Below are positions 9,985 through 20,826 of a stretch of DNA of 64,000 nt, piece by piece. The number at the start of each line of letters is the position of its first letter. Position 1 is the stretch's first letter. This DNA is from an uncultured delta proteobacterium (lineage in GTDB: Bacteria > Desulfobacterota > Binatia > UBA9968), in NCBI GenBank assembly GCA_963804165.1, contig CAWDPO010000041.1, positions 96,001 to 160,000 of the forward strand, in the 5' to 3' direction. The translations under genes and the position numbers were made by a program. The notes under the pieces are model-generated. The model was not told the DNA's origin, did not search any database, and saw only the letters and a program-made list of their open reading frames with translations.

Positions 9985-10232
9985 TGTCGGTGCTCTCAGT
10001 TTGATCGATCGAGCCGATGCCTCGAATCTACTTTCAGAACTCGGATGGCAAATGAGCGAGCTCGAATTTCTCGCCTTGCGAGGACATCTATATCATTCGG
10101 TCGGCAAACCGTGTCAAGAAATTCTGAAGCTCGGACAAAGTGATGCGCCGCAGACTTTCTCAGACGAGGAGATAAGGGATATGGGGAATGAGGGTGCGCT
10201 TTCTACTCTTTGTTTCTTTCGTCCGTGGTGGC

Positions 10233-11339
10233 TTAATCCAACAAGTCTTTCTCTTTGAGTTTTCTCGGCAAGTACGTCTTGGTCAGGTATTGAAAATCTT
10301 TGTTGGCGAGCGCGTCGAGCTCGAACTTGAGGCCGCTGGTGAGCATGCCTTTGATTTCATTCTGCCATTCTTTTTTCTGAAACCATTTGTACTTCATCAG
10401 TTCTTTGGCGCGGTTAACGTCTTTGTCGTTGAATTTGATGCCGACGTTGCGTGGCAGGCCGTAGCGCTCGGGGTCGGCGCTGGAGAAGCCGATGAACTTC
10501 GCCTTGGGGATAGCCATGCGCTGGCTTTCGAAGGCGAGGTTGATCGAGCCCTGTTTGACGACGGAGTAGATGTAGTAGCCCCAGGGATCGTTGTCGACGA
10601 GGACGTAAACTGGAAGCTTGTATTCTTCGTGCAGCCGCCGCGCCAGGCGGCGCACGCCGCGCGGCGGTTGGCCGTTGCCGGTGAGAAGAATGCAGTTGTA
10701 GCGTCGCCAAAATTTATCTTCCGACAGACGGTTCCACTGGGTGCCTTTTTCGACCAGCAGGACGAAGTCCGCGGTGCACTTGCTGATCTGAATATATTCC
10801 GGCTCGACGATGGACGGCACCGAGTAGCCGCCTTTGCCGAGCCGCGTGCAGTCCACTCGGTCGCCGTCGTCGACGATCACTAGCGGCCCGACGACCGTGC
10901 CGGAGTTTTCCGCGCGCACGTGCAGCTCTTCGCGCAGCGCTTCGAGAGTGACTTCGAGATCTTCGATCAGCGGGTCCGATTCGTTCTGGCCGTCGAAAGT
11001 GTTTTCGTGCGAGTTCTTGATCGTGTGCTTGGTGCGGTAGTAAATTTCCCGCAGCGACGTCGTCAGGTTGGCGCGCTGAAGCTCGGCGAGGGCATCGGCC
11101 ACGAGCACCGTCTGCATGAACTTTTTCGCCATGCCGACATTGAAAAACGTGCGCGCCTGCTTCCGCCGCCCCATCTCGATGATGCCGCGTTTCGCGTTGA
11201 AGTTGACGTTGGCCAGGCTGCGCACGGGAATCGCCAGCGCCGGATCCTGGCTGCGCTGCGCCGCGCTAATCACGACGTCGGCGACGCCGATGAGTTTCTT
11301 CTCGACCGCTCCGTTATTTTTTGGCTTTTTTTGCGCCAT
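10233..11339 (-). CDS. top6A: DNA topoisomerase VI subunit A
   Basis: LREIYY (catalytic Tyr region), Toprim LLVEK, TGNGQP, DNDPWG, ELDAL. Confidence 0.93.
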   Translation of the reverse strand: MAQKKPKNNGAVEKKLIGVADVVISAAQRSQDPALAIPVRSLANVNFNAKRGIIEMGRRKQARTFFNVGMAKKFMQTVLVADALAELQRANLTTSLREIYYRTKHTIKNSHENTFDGQNESDPLIEDLEVTLEALREELHVRAENSGTVVGPLVIVDDGDRVDCTRLGKGGYSVPSIVEPEYIQISKCTADFVLLVEKGTQWNRLSEDKFWRRYNCILLTGNGQPPRGVRRLARRLHEEYKLPVYVLVDNDPWGYYIYSVVKQGSINLAFESQRMAIPKAKFIGFSSADPERYGLPRNVGIKFNDKDVNRAKELMKYKWFQKKEWQNEIKGMLTSGLKFELDALANKDFQYLTKTYLPRKLKEKDLLD

Positions 11340-13396
11340 GTTTCTTTCCTATCTTTTGGCTGCGTTTTGCGCCGGTTCCTGCCTTTTCAAAACCCAAAGT
11401 CATTTGCTTCGCGCCGCGCTGCGTTCGACTTTCGCCTGATTCTTGCGGCGCGTCATTTTGGACTTGGCAGTATTCGGAAGTCTTGGCAGACTTCGCCTTC
11501 CCCTTCAGCCGGCCGGCGCCGCCGATTCGTCCATTCGAGCGGAGTTCTTCCGACCCTGCGTCATCGTTGCGGTCGTCGCCGGGCAAAACCGGCGCTTCGC
11601 CTTCGGTGCCTTCGGCGGTGACGATGATCGAGTGCGGCAGACCTTCGGGTCCGCCGCCGTCATGCCCGAGAATCTCATCGGTTTTCTCGCCGCCAGTCCG
11701 TCTCGATGGCGATCTTTTGCAGCTGGTTCTTTGAGCTTTTCTTTGGCGAGCTTACCGCCTTTCAGGCGGTTGCACGCTTCGACGACTTCTTCGATATAGA
11801 GCTCGAAGATATTGCGCCGGCGAAACTCGCCCTTGGCGCGCTCCCGCCGCCGCAGAAAAACGCCGAGCCGCCGGCCGCATTCTTGCAGAGCGAGTTTGAT
11901 TTCTTTTCTGATCTCGTCGTAGTCGGCGATCGCTTCTTTCGACTCGCTCGTGAACGGCACCCAGACCGACGCCATATGGACGAAGATCACCATCGGCCCG
12001 GCGGGCAGGGCGCCCCTGGATTGCGCCACGCCGTAGTTGCGCCAAGTGGTGTCGAGCACCGCTTTGAAGGTCGCGCAGGCGGACTGCTGGTAGAGCAGCG
12101 GCACGCGGTTGGCGTAACGAATGACACGCGCCAGCTCATCGTCGTCGTCGTGACTCTCTCCTTCAGCGAGCGGCTCCTTCGGCTGTTCGGGTTTGCCCGC
12201 CGCTTGTTCCGGTGCTTTGCCGAAAGCCAGGCCCGCTTCGATGACAAACGGATTGCCGCGGTAGACTGCCGGCGGCCGCGTCACGGCGGTGTAGAAATCG
12301 CCTTTGATCTGTTTATACAGGCCGTGCAGGATCGCTTTCTCGCCTATGGGCGAGATGCAGTTGCTCGGCGGCGCCATGATCTTGGTGGATTGAATTGCCT
12401 TATAAAATGTCTCGGCGGCGGCGCCGTGAAGATTTCTTGGCCGGGAATCGGGCGATAGCTTGGCTGTCTTGCAAATTTCCTGGCGCGAGATTGGATGAAA
12501 CTCGGCTAAACTCGCTCGACAGAAATCCCGAGAGCGAGTGGCTCTTGGTATCGTGGAGCATTTTCAGCATCATGCCGAATTCGATGCCATAAGGATGCGG
12601 TTTGATCTCACGCGGCTGTGGCGGCAACTCTTGAATGGTCCGGGGATATTCTTTGGTCTCTCCCTCCGGCGTGTGGTAGACGACCTTGACGTGCGGATTG
12701 GCAATCGCGACCTGCTCGAGATATTCGTCTACGGAGGCGCGACCCTTTTGGTAGCGTCCCTCGATTTCGAAGCTCACCTGGGTTCCCCGATGATTTTCCC
12801 ATTCAATCTGCTTTTGTTCGAAGATCCGCGGCTCGTTTTTTTTGGTATCGATCTGCACTTCGAAGTAGTGCGCCGGCGCGCGCGCGCCGGTGCGCGAGAT
12901 GATCTGCACCGGCTTGCCGGTGGTCAGTTGTGCGTACATGCCGGCGGCGGATATGCCGATGCCCTGCTGACCGCGGCTCATGCGCAAGCGATGGAATTTG
13001 GAGCCGTAAAGCAGCTTGGCAAAGATCCGCGGGATCTGCTGGCGGACGATGCCCGGGCCGTAGTCGATGACGGTCACACGGAAGCGGGTTCGCCTGACTC
13101 GGCGCCGGCGCGGCGCCGCCGTTCGACGCGACCTCGAGGTTGACCACGACTTCAGGTAATATTCCCGCTTCTTCGCACGCATCGAGCGCGTTATCGACGG
13201 CTTCCTTGACGCAAGTGAGTAGAGCTTTGCGTGGATTGTCGAAGCCGAGCAAGTGGCGGTTCTTGGTGAAAAATTCCGAAACCGAGATCTCGCGTTGGCG
13301 AGCGCCCATCTCGGCAGCGGACAGAATGGTCTTCGATTTTGGCTCGGCAGGTTGATCGCTTGCTGAGTCGTTGGTTTTCAACATCGGTTTCGACAT
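11314..13396 (-). CDS. top6B: DNA topoisomerase VI subunit B (at least 3 frameshifts; split over four ORFs)
   Basis: [77 protein letters not shown]. Confidence 0.92.
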
Positions 13397-13427
13397 TAGA
13401 GGATCTCCATAGCATCAGGTTTCGTTC

Positions 13428-13567
13428 AGCCGTCAGGAACCGGGAGAGCCGGGTGGAATAGCACGCACACGAGGGCCCTTCGCTCTTCCAAGCCTCCCAT
13501 ACCCCAACCCTCGATCACGGCGAACAGTTAGATCTCCAGTTGCAAGAGAGCACCGGTCATGACGGCT
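13428..13567. promoter_or_regulatory. Rod-like structured element in the long top6B leader
   Basis: Nested pairs AGCCGTCA/TGACGGCT, ACCGG/CCGGT, TGGA/TCCA, CGAGGG/CCCTCG. Confidence 0.45.
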
Positions 13568-13627
13568 TTGTATCCGCGGACAGACTTTTCATGAATGAAT
13601 GAATGATAGTGGTGTAAAACCAATGTT

Positions 13628-13636
13628 ATTATAGCA
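13628..13636 (-). promoter_or_regulatory. Extended -10 promoter (TGCTATAAT) facing top6B
   Basis: Perfect TGnTATAAT on the minus strand about 230 nt upstream of the top6B ATG. Confidence 0.6.
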
Positions 13637-13749
13637 GAGACGACGAGCTTTTGCAGCGCTGAGCGGAAAATTGTCGCGCCCATGGTGTTTGCACCCCATC
13701 TCGATATCCGTTAATTTTAGCTTTTGGCATCTCAGATTCGGATACGTTC

Positions 13750-15025
13750 TTGGCTTTATCCAGCAATAAGCAACAAGCGCCCTCCGCATCCGGTTCGGAA
13801 AAGAAAATTGCTTTTGCGGCCCTGCAGCATCGCGATTTTCGCGGCTTTTTCTTCACCACGATGCTCGCCATGATGGCGGACAACATCGAGCATGTAATCA
13901 GTTATTGGGTGCTGTTCCAAAAATTTCAGTCTCCTGTTCTCGCCGGCTTCGCCGTAATCAGCCACTGGACGCCGTTTTTGTTTTTGTCTGTCTATTTCGG
14001 CGGCTTGGCCGATCGCCATGATTGCCGCAGACTGATTCAAATTGCGCAGATCATGTATATGTTCGTGTCGGCAGCCTGGGCGTATTTCTTTTTTACCGGC
14101 ACGATAGAGATTTGGCATGCGTGCGTCTTGCTCGTCATTCACGGCATCGCCGGTGTATTCTGGACGCCCGCTGAGCAGTTGATCATTCACGACATCGTCG
14201 GCGCGGACGATCTGCCGAGCGCGGTGCGTTTAAATGCCACGAGCCGGCAATTCGGCATTCTTTTTGGGCCGGCAGTCGGCGGCGGATTGATGCTGTGGCT
14301 TGGCGCACCTGCTGGCCTGGTGGTGAATGCGTTAATCTATGTGCCATTAACGATCTGGCTGGTGGTTGTCCCTTACACTGGTCATACGCGGGAGGGCATG
14401 TCGCGTGCGGCGCATTGCGTTGGCGTGATGCCTTCGAGGTCATTCGCGAATATTGCGAGAACCGTCCGATCGTGACCATGATCGTACTCGGCGGCGCGGC
14501 GTCGCTATTCGTCGGCAACGCGTTTCAAGCAAACATGCCGGAGTTCGCACATGACCTCGGCACAGAAAAAGCGGATTTCGCGTACAGCGCATTGTTCGCG
14601 GCCAACGCCGCTGGCTCGGTGTTCGGAGGTTTTGTACTCGATGCCAAGGCGTGGCTGCCACCGACGGTGAAATCGGCGATCTCTTGCGCGATTCTCTGGT
14701 GTTTGACGATGACCGCTTTTGCTTTTTCACCAGTTATCCCTTGTCACTGGTTCTGCTTTTTCTCGCAGGCGCGTTAAACCTCGCATTCTATTCGATTGCG
14801 CAAACGATCGTGCAATTAGAAGCGCCCGTGGCATTGCGCGGCCGGCTGATCGGGCTCTTTTCCATGTCAGCGTATGGTCTACGTGCTTTTAGCGGCCTGA
14901 CGGTCGGCGTAATCGGCGGTTTCATCGGCATTCACTGGTCGCTGGCTTTAAGCTCAATGACTCTTCTCGCCGTCACTGTGGCACTCCTCACTTTCGCCTC
15001 GCAGGGACAAAGCAGCAAAGGCTAG
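13750..15025 (+). CDS. MFS transporter (MFS_3/EntS-like), copy 1, two frameshifts
   Basis: FAALQHRDFR, GGLADRHDCRRLI, LRGRLIGLF; split over three ORFs. Confidence 0.88.
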
Positions 15026-15090
15026 GTGAAAGTGGCGCCACTATTCCGGCGAAAATCGGTAATTCGCGCCATAAAGTCCAAGGAAAAGGC

Positions 15091-15144
15091 CCTTCGCTTA
15101 CGCTCAGGGTGACTCACTCCCAGTTTTAAACTGGGAGTGAGTCA
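15091..15144. repeat. Half REP fused to a perfect 35-bp palindrome
   Basis: CCTTCGCTTACGCTCAGGGTGAC (compare 34658-34739), then TGACTCACTCCCAGTTT-T-AAACTGGGAGTGAGTCA. Confidence 0.8.
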
Positions 15145-15208
15145 GTTTGCACGGCTCTCCAAGATCCGTTACTGTCAGCGATTAACCCCAGCGATTTCGG
15201 AGACAACA

Positions 15209-16509
15209 GTGGCACCCACGAATCAATAGAGGCACAGCAACTCCGACTGGTTCGCACAAGAAAATCGCCTTCGCCGCGCTCCATAATAAAGATTTTCGCG
15301 ATTACTTCATTGGCACGATGCTGGCGATGATGGCCGACAATATCGAGCATGTGATCAGCTATTGGTTGCTCTACAGAAATTTCAATCGCCAACGCTCGCC
15401 GGGTTCGCCGTGCTGGGCCACTGGACGCCGTTTTTGCTTTTCGCCGTCTACTTCGGCGCGCTCGCGGATCGCTTCGACTGCCGGAAAGTCATCCAGGTCG
15501 CGCAAATCATGTACATGGGAGTTTCGGCGACGTGGGCGTTTTTGTTTTTTACCGATACGATTCAAGTCTGGCATGCTTGCGTTCTGCTGGTGATTCACGG
15601 CATGGCGGGAGTGCTCTGGGGGCCGGGGAGCCAACTATTGATTCACGACATCGTCGGCCCCGAACATCTGCAAAGCGCCGTCCGGCTAAACTCTACGAGT
15701 CGGCAACTGGGCGTTCTTTTCGGTCCTGCGGTGGGCGGCGGGCTGATGCTGTTGTTGAGTCCGGCGATGGGTTTGGTGGTGAATACTCTGATCTATTTGC
15801 CATTGACGATCTGGTTGTGGACCGTGCCTTATACCGGCCATAGCCGCGAAGGGGTTGTGCCGGCGCGGCGCGCCCTCAGCTGGCGCGACGCCTTCGAGAT
15901 CGTCCGCGAGGTATCTGGTAACCGGCCGATTATCACGATGATCGTACTGGCGGGCTGCGTGTCATTCTTTGTCGGCACCGCGTTCCAGGCGACCATGCCG
16001 GAGTTCGCCCATGACCTCGGGGCTGAGAAAGCCGACTTCGCTTACAGCGCGCTGCTTGCCGCCAATGCTGCCGGCGCGGTGATCGGTGGTTTCTTGCTCG
16101 AGGGCCGCGGCTGGCTTCCGCCGCGCGTCCAAACCGCGATGATCAGCGCGATCCTTTGGTGCGTCGCCATCGCCAGATTCGCGCTCTCGTCCAATTATTT
16201 ATCCTCGTTGACTACTGTTCCTGGCCGGAGTGTTGAATCTGACCTTTTCTTCAATGGGGCAGACGATCGTACAACTGCTGTCCCCGCCGCGGCTGCGCGG
16301 CCGCTTGATCGGGCTTGTTCGCTATGGCGAGCATGGGCCTCAAAGCTTTTAGCGGTTTGACCGTCGGGGTCTTGGGCGGTTTGATCGGCGTGCACTGGTC
16401 GCTGGCAGCGAGCGCGATGGCGTTGTTGACCGTAACCGTCGCACTGTTTGCTTTTGCTCTCCCTGGCAGCGCCACGAAGAGCTCAACTAAAGCCGAACCA
16501 TACGTGTGA
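15209..16509 (+). CDS. MFS transporter, copy 2, several frameshifts
   Basis: Paralog of its neighbours (KKIAFAALH, MMADNIEHVISYW, ADRFDCRKVI); start approximate. Confidence 0.85.
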
Positions 16510-17789
16510 ATCCAACTTCTGCGAGCAACGTTTCGTCAGCGATCCCAGAGCGCAAAGTAGCATTTGCGGCACTGCATCATCGAGACTATCGAAGATATTT
16601 CTTCGTGATCATGATGTCGCAGATGGGCGACAATATCGAGCACGTGATCAGTTACTGGCTGCTCTACCAGAAATTTCACTCGCCGGTACTCGCCGGTTTT
16701 GCGGTCATCAGTCACTGGACGCCGTTTTTGTTTTTCGCGGTTTATTTCGGCGCCCTCGCCGACCGGCACGATTGCCGCCGCGTGATCCAAACCGCACAGG
16801 TGATATATGCCAGCGTGTCGCTCATTTGGGGCATTTTGTTTCTCACCGACACGATTCAGGTATGGCATGCGTGCGTTCTCCTGGTGATGCATGGCATGGC
16901 CGGTGTGTTGGGCAGCCCCGGCAGCCAGCTGATCATCCATGACATTGTCGGGCGCGAGTACTTGCAGAGCGCGGTCAGGCTCAATTCTACGGGACGAAAT
17001 ATCGCCGTGCTCTTCGGACCAGCGGTGGGCGGCGCGACGATGTTGATTTTCGGAGCGCCGGCGGGACTGTTTATCAACGTGTTCATGTACCTGCCGATGA
17101 TCGTCTTCATGTTCATCCTGCCCTATACCGGTCACGGTCGCGACGACGCGGGCAGCGGCCGGGCGCCGCGCTTTAGCCTGAGCGGCGCGTTGCAATTGAT
17201 GCGCGAGACGGCGGCGAATCCAACGATACTTTCTATGATCCTTCTCGGCGGCGCGACTTCGTTGCTCGTCGGCAACGCGTTTCAAGCGCAAATGCCGGGA
17301 TTTGCCCATGACTTCGGGCATGAGAGACAGGATTGGGCTTATAGTATTTTACTTGGCGCCAACGCCGGCGGCGCCGCGATCGGTGGCCTGTTATTGGAAG
17401 GCACCGGCATGCTGCGGCCGAACGCGCGCAACGCGGCGATTTGCTCGATCCTTTGGTGTCTAGCGATCGTCGGTTTCGCAGCGTCGACGAATTACCTCTT
17501 GGCCATCGCGCTGCTATTCTGTGCGGGATTCCTCAATTTGACTTTTCTCTCGATGGCACAAACGTTGGTGCAACTGCAGGCGCCGACCCAACTGCGCGGG
17601 CGCTTGATCGGTTTGTTCAACATGTCCAACAACGGCTTGCGCGCGTTCAGCGGCGTGACCGTCGGCGTCATCGGCGGCTTGATCGGTATCCACTGGTCGC
17701 TGGCGCTCAGCGCGATGATCCTTCTCGCGGTGACGATCGCGTTGTTTGCGTTCGTGATTCCCGGGCGGAGTGGCAGTGAGTTGACCTGA
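16506..17789 (+). CDS. MFS transporter, copy 3 (intact)
   Basis: 427 aa, multi-TM, GALADRHDCRRVI, LRGRLIGLF. Confidence 0.92.
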   Translation: MNPTSASNVSSAIPERKVAFAALHHRDYRRYFFVIMMSQMGDNIEHVISYWLLYQKFHSPVLAGFAVISHWTPFLFFAVYFGALADRHDCRRVIQTAQVIYASVSLIWGILFLTDTIQVWHACVLLVMHGMAGVLGSPGSQLIIHDIVGREYLQSAVRLNSTGRNIAVLFGPAVGGATMLIFGAPAGLFINVFMYLPMIVFMFILPYTGHGRDDAGSGRAPRFSLSGALQLMRETAANPTILSMILLGGATSLLVGNAFQAQMPGFAHDFGHERQDWAYSILLGANAGGAAIGGLLLEGTGMLRPNARNAAICSILWCLAIVGFAASTNYLLAIALLFCAGFLNLTFLSMAQTLVQLQAPTQLRGRLIGLFNMSNNGLRAFSGVTVGVIGGLIGIHWSLALSAMILLAVTIALFAFVIPGRSGSELT

Positions 17790-17806
17790 ACGGAAAGACT
17801 TCCTAC

Positions 17807-18003
17807 CACGAAGGACACAAAAATCGGAGGTATTTCGTCCTTCGTGAGCTTCGTATTACTATGGTTGAAATTTTGCGCGGCTTGCGCAAAGCGGTGAATT
17901 CGAATCCGAGGGCGACCGCCGGTCGCCCCTACGTATGCGCTTTTTGCGACTAAATCCTTCTTTTCCTTGTTTGCGGCGTAGCCGCGCTAGGTCCTTCGTA
18001 GTG
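17807..18003. repeat. Mosaic of REP-like palindromes between convergent genes
   Basis: CACGAAGGACAC../CTTCGTGAGCTTCGT; TTTGCGC/GCGCAAA; GGGCGACCGCCGGTCGCCCCTACG (identical at 38040-38063); GCGGC-GTA-GCCGC. Confidence 0.75.
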
Positions 18004-18011
18004 TTTACCGA

Positions 18012-18992
18012 TTAACCCACCGCTTGGCGGCGCTTGTCCTGCGGCGCCATCGTGCCGCTGCGAAATTCATTGCGCTTCAGAACAGCATAGCTGTCGAGCA
18101 GCTGTTTTTGTTCCGCCTCGGAAATACCCAGTTGTGGGCGGCGTACTTTGGCGGTCTTGATCAGTCCTTCGTGCTGCAGGACGACCTTGATGCGGGCGAC
18201 CGCTTCGACGATCGGTTCGCTGAAAACGAGTTCCTTTACCGATTCGAGCTCTTTCTGGATCGCCGCGGCTTCCTCGGATTTTCCGGCGCGTCCGGCGATG
18301 TCCATGGCGCCCCATTTTTCCGTTGCAACGTTGGCGACGCCGATGAGCGCGCCGTTGGCGCCGAGGTGATAACTCTCGGCGACAAAGCGATCGTTGCCGG
18401 TGAGCACGCGCATCGCGGCTTTGTCGCGCTTGAGTGTCTGAACCGTTTCGGTGAACAGATTAATGTCGAACGAAGCTTCTTTGAACGCTACGACGTTTTC
18501 AAGACGCGCGATGCGGCAAACGGTGTCCGGATCGTAGTAGTAGCTTTTGACCGGCACCTGGAAAAGCACGATGGGCACCTTCGTTTCGCGCGCGAGATCC
18601 TCGAAGAAACGGACTTTCAGATTGGGATCCACCTTGCCCCAGGCGAAAAGCAGCGGCGGGAAAATCATAACGCCGTCGACGGGCAGGTTTTCCAGATCGC
18701 GTATCAGGCTGACCGCTTCGTCGGTCGATTGCGGCGAGATGGTGGCGATATGCATTTTGCCGGCGCCGTGCATAACTTTTCCGGAGACTTCGTAGACTCG
18801 GCTTTTCTCTTCGATGCTCAAGACGGGGCTTTCACCGATGCGGGCGCAGGAAACCAGGCCGGCGACGCTGCCGATTCCGGAGAAATGTTGTGTCAGGCGT
18901 GTTAGACTTTCCGTGTCGAGCGCGCCATCCTGATTAAATGGCGTTACATGAGGAATGAAAAGGCCGCTAAAACGTTCATGGATGGCTGACAT
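18012..18992 (-). CDS. DapA/NanA-superfamily aldolase/lyase (not canonical DHDPS)
   Basis: VTPFNQDGALD, CARIGES replacing GTTGE, Schiff-base Lys in AFKEAS. Confidence 0.85.
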   Translation of the reverse strand: MSAIHERFSGLFIPHVTPFNQDGALDTESLTRLTQHFSGIGSVAGLVSCARIGESPVLSIEEKSRVYEVSGKVMHGAGKMHIATISPQSTDEAVSLIRDLENLPVDGVMIFPPLLFAWGKVDPNLKVRFFEDLARETKVPIVLFQVPVKSYYYDPDTVCRIARLENVVAFKEASFDINLFTETVQTLKRDKAAMRVLTGNDRFVAESYHLGANGALIGVANVATEKWGAMDIAGRAGKSEEAAAIQKELESVKELVFSEPIVEAVARIKVVLQHEGLIKTAKVRRPQLGISEAEQKQLLDSYAVLKRNEFRSGTMAPQDKRRQAVG

Positions 18993-19111
18993 TATTTCCT
19001 CCAGATTTCGGCGTTCAGTCCGGGTTTGAATGTATTGCTGGCATTAGTAGAACAGATTGCGGTATTAGTTCAAGCCGGCTAGCAGCACCGTTGTTTATTT
19101 GGCATGGCATT

Positions 19112-20677
19112 ATGAGTTCATTGGTTTCCTGCCAGGGCGTCGCCGATTTGATGGCGACCGATCGGTTATTCGTCGTGTTCGACGTGCGCGAGCGCGGCGA
19201 ATACAACGAGTGTCAAATTCCCGGCGCAACGTCGCTGCCGCGTAGCCAGATCGAATTTCGGCTTAATCAACTAGTGCCAAACGCCGCAGTGCCGCTTGTT
19301 CTCTACGATAACGACGACGGTAGAGCACCGCTCGCTGCCAAGACTCTAAATCAATTTGGCTATTCGGGGGTTTCAATTCTCGACGGCGGGCTGACAGCGT
19401 GGCGCGATGAGGGTCGGCCAACGGTCAGCGGTGTGAATGTTCCGAGCAAGGCCTTTGGCGAAAAAATTCATCACGAACAAAACATTCCGGATATTTCAGC
19501 TGAAGAGTTGCGTCAGTTGCTGGAAGAACGACAAGACGTACGCATTCTCGACGTGCGCACGCCAGAGGAATATGGTCGATTCTGCATTCCCGGCGGCATA
19601 AACGTTCCAGGCGGGGATCTCGTTCTATGGGCGGAGGAATTGAAGCAAACGAAATCCCCGGTAGTCGTAAATTGTGCGGGACGAACGCGCAGCATCATCG
19701 GCACCGCCGCGCTACGCCGTCTGGGTTTGACCAATGTCCGTGCACTTCGAAACGGCACAATGGGGTGGGTACTTGCCGGCTTCGAGCTCGAAAAGAATCC
19801 AGGGCGAATCACTCCGCCCGCGCCGCGGGGAAGCAGCGGACCAGTTCTTTCACTGGCCTTACGACTCGCAAGCGATGAGCACATTCCGTGGATTTCTCCG
19901 CAGGGGTTGGCGGAAGCATTGACAACAAATTACCGCGGCGTCACGTACTTCATCGACGTGCGCTCGGAGCCCGAGTATGAGGCCGGTCATGTTGCCGGAT
20001 CGGTCAACGTGCCCGGCGGGCAAGCGGTACAGCGCGCCGACGATTTCGTCGCTGTGCGAAACGCGCAGATTGTGTTTATCAGCAACGAATCAGCGCGGGC
20101 TGTGATGGCAGCTTATTGGTATCGGCAAATGGGGTTCCGGAACGTTTCTGTGCTGAAGGGCGGACTGCGCGCGTGGTCAGACGGCGGTGAAATGCTCGTT
20201 AGCGGCCCTCGGCAAAATGAGCCGTTGGGTTTCGAAGCCGCAAAACGGGTGGCTCGTTTGGTCGATGCGCGGTCGCTCGATCGCATCCTGCGCGATTCAT
20301 CGACATGGGTTCTCGATGTCGGCACGAGTCTAGAATTCGAATCGGCACATCTGCCGGGCGCTAAATGGATCTCCCGCGGCTGGATCGAGCTTAAACTTCC
20401 TGACAAGTATCCTGATCGGGCTCAGCCGATCGTCGTCACGTGTCCCGATGGACGGCAATCGGTTTTCGCGGCGCACGCGTTAGCCGAGATCGGTTATTTG
20501 AACGTATCGGTGCTAGACGGTGGACTGCGCGTGTGGTCGGCTGCGGGGTTCCCAACGGAACACGGATTGGGAACATCCTTGGCGCCAACCAACGACGTCG
20601 TCCTGTCGCCGTCAATCCGCGGCACCAAGGAAGACATGCAACGCTATTTGGATTGGGAGCTTGCGTTGCCGCGGTAA
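19112..20677 (+). CDS. Four-domain rhodanese/sulfurtransferase
   Basis: Four DV(R/G)-type domain starts; SGVNVPSKAFGE, VNCAGRTRS, MQRYLDWE. Confidence 0.9.
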   Translation: MSSLVSCQGVADLMATDRLFVVFDVRERGEYNECQIPGATSLPRSQIEFRLNQLVPNAAVPLVLYDNDDGRAPLAAKTLNQFGYSGVSILDGGLTAWRDEGRPTVSGVNVPSKAFGEKIHHEQNIPDISAEELRQLLEERQDVRILDVRTPEEYGRFCIPGGINVPGGDLVLWAEELKQTKSPVVVNCAGRTRSIIGTAALRRLGLTNVRALRNGTMGWVLAGFELEKNPGRITPPAPRGSSGPVLSLALRLASDEHIPWISPQGLAEALTTNYRGVTYFIDVRSEPEYEAGHVAGSVNVPGGQAVQRADDFVAVRNAQIVFISNESARAVMAAYWYRQMGFRNVSVLKGGLRAWSDGGEMLVSGPRQNEPLGFEAAKRVARLVDARSLDRILRDSSTWVLDVGTSLEFESAHLPGAKWISRGWIELKLPDKYPDRAQPIVVTCPDGRQSVFAAHALAEIGYLNVSVLDGGLRVWSAAGFPTEHGLGTSLAPTNDVVLSPSIRGTKEDMQRYLDWELALPR

Positions 20678-20682
20678 TCCGG

Positions 20683-20775
20683 GTTCAAAGTTCAAGGTTC
20701 CATGTTCAAGGTTGGCCCGAACGAAGTTCAATTCATCCGATTCCGACTTGAACTTTGAACGTTGAATCTTGAACT
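20683..20775. repeat. Tandem 7-mer (GTTCAAR) array followed by its inverted array
   Basis: GTTCAAA GTTCAAG GTTCCAT GTTCAAG ... CTTGAAC TTTGAAC GTTGAAT CTTGAAC. Confidence 0.85.
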
Positions 20776-20826
20776 CTATTCAGGGGCACGCTCAGCAGTT
20801 GTCGTACTTCGGACTGGCAAAGGTCT

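Noticed and set aside
10188-12458. Long plus-strand ORFs opposite top6A/B (and similar antisense ORFs across the window)
   Set aside because: Typical GC-rich shadow ORFs overlapping well-supported genes
11314-13396. Programmed frameshifting in top6B
   Set aside because: Three or more shifts without slippery-site signals, in a window where indels are widespread
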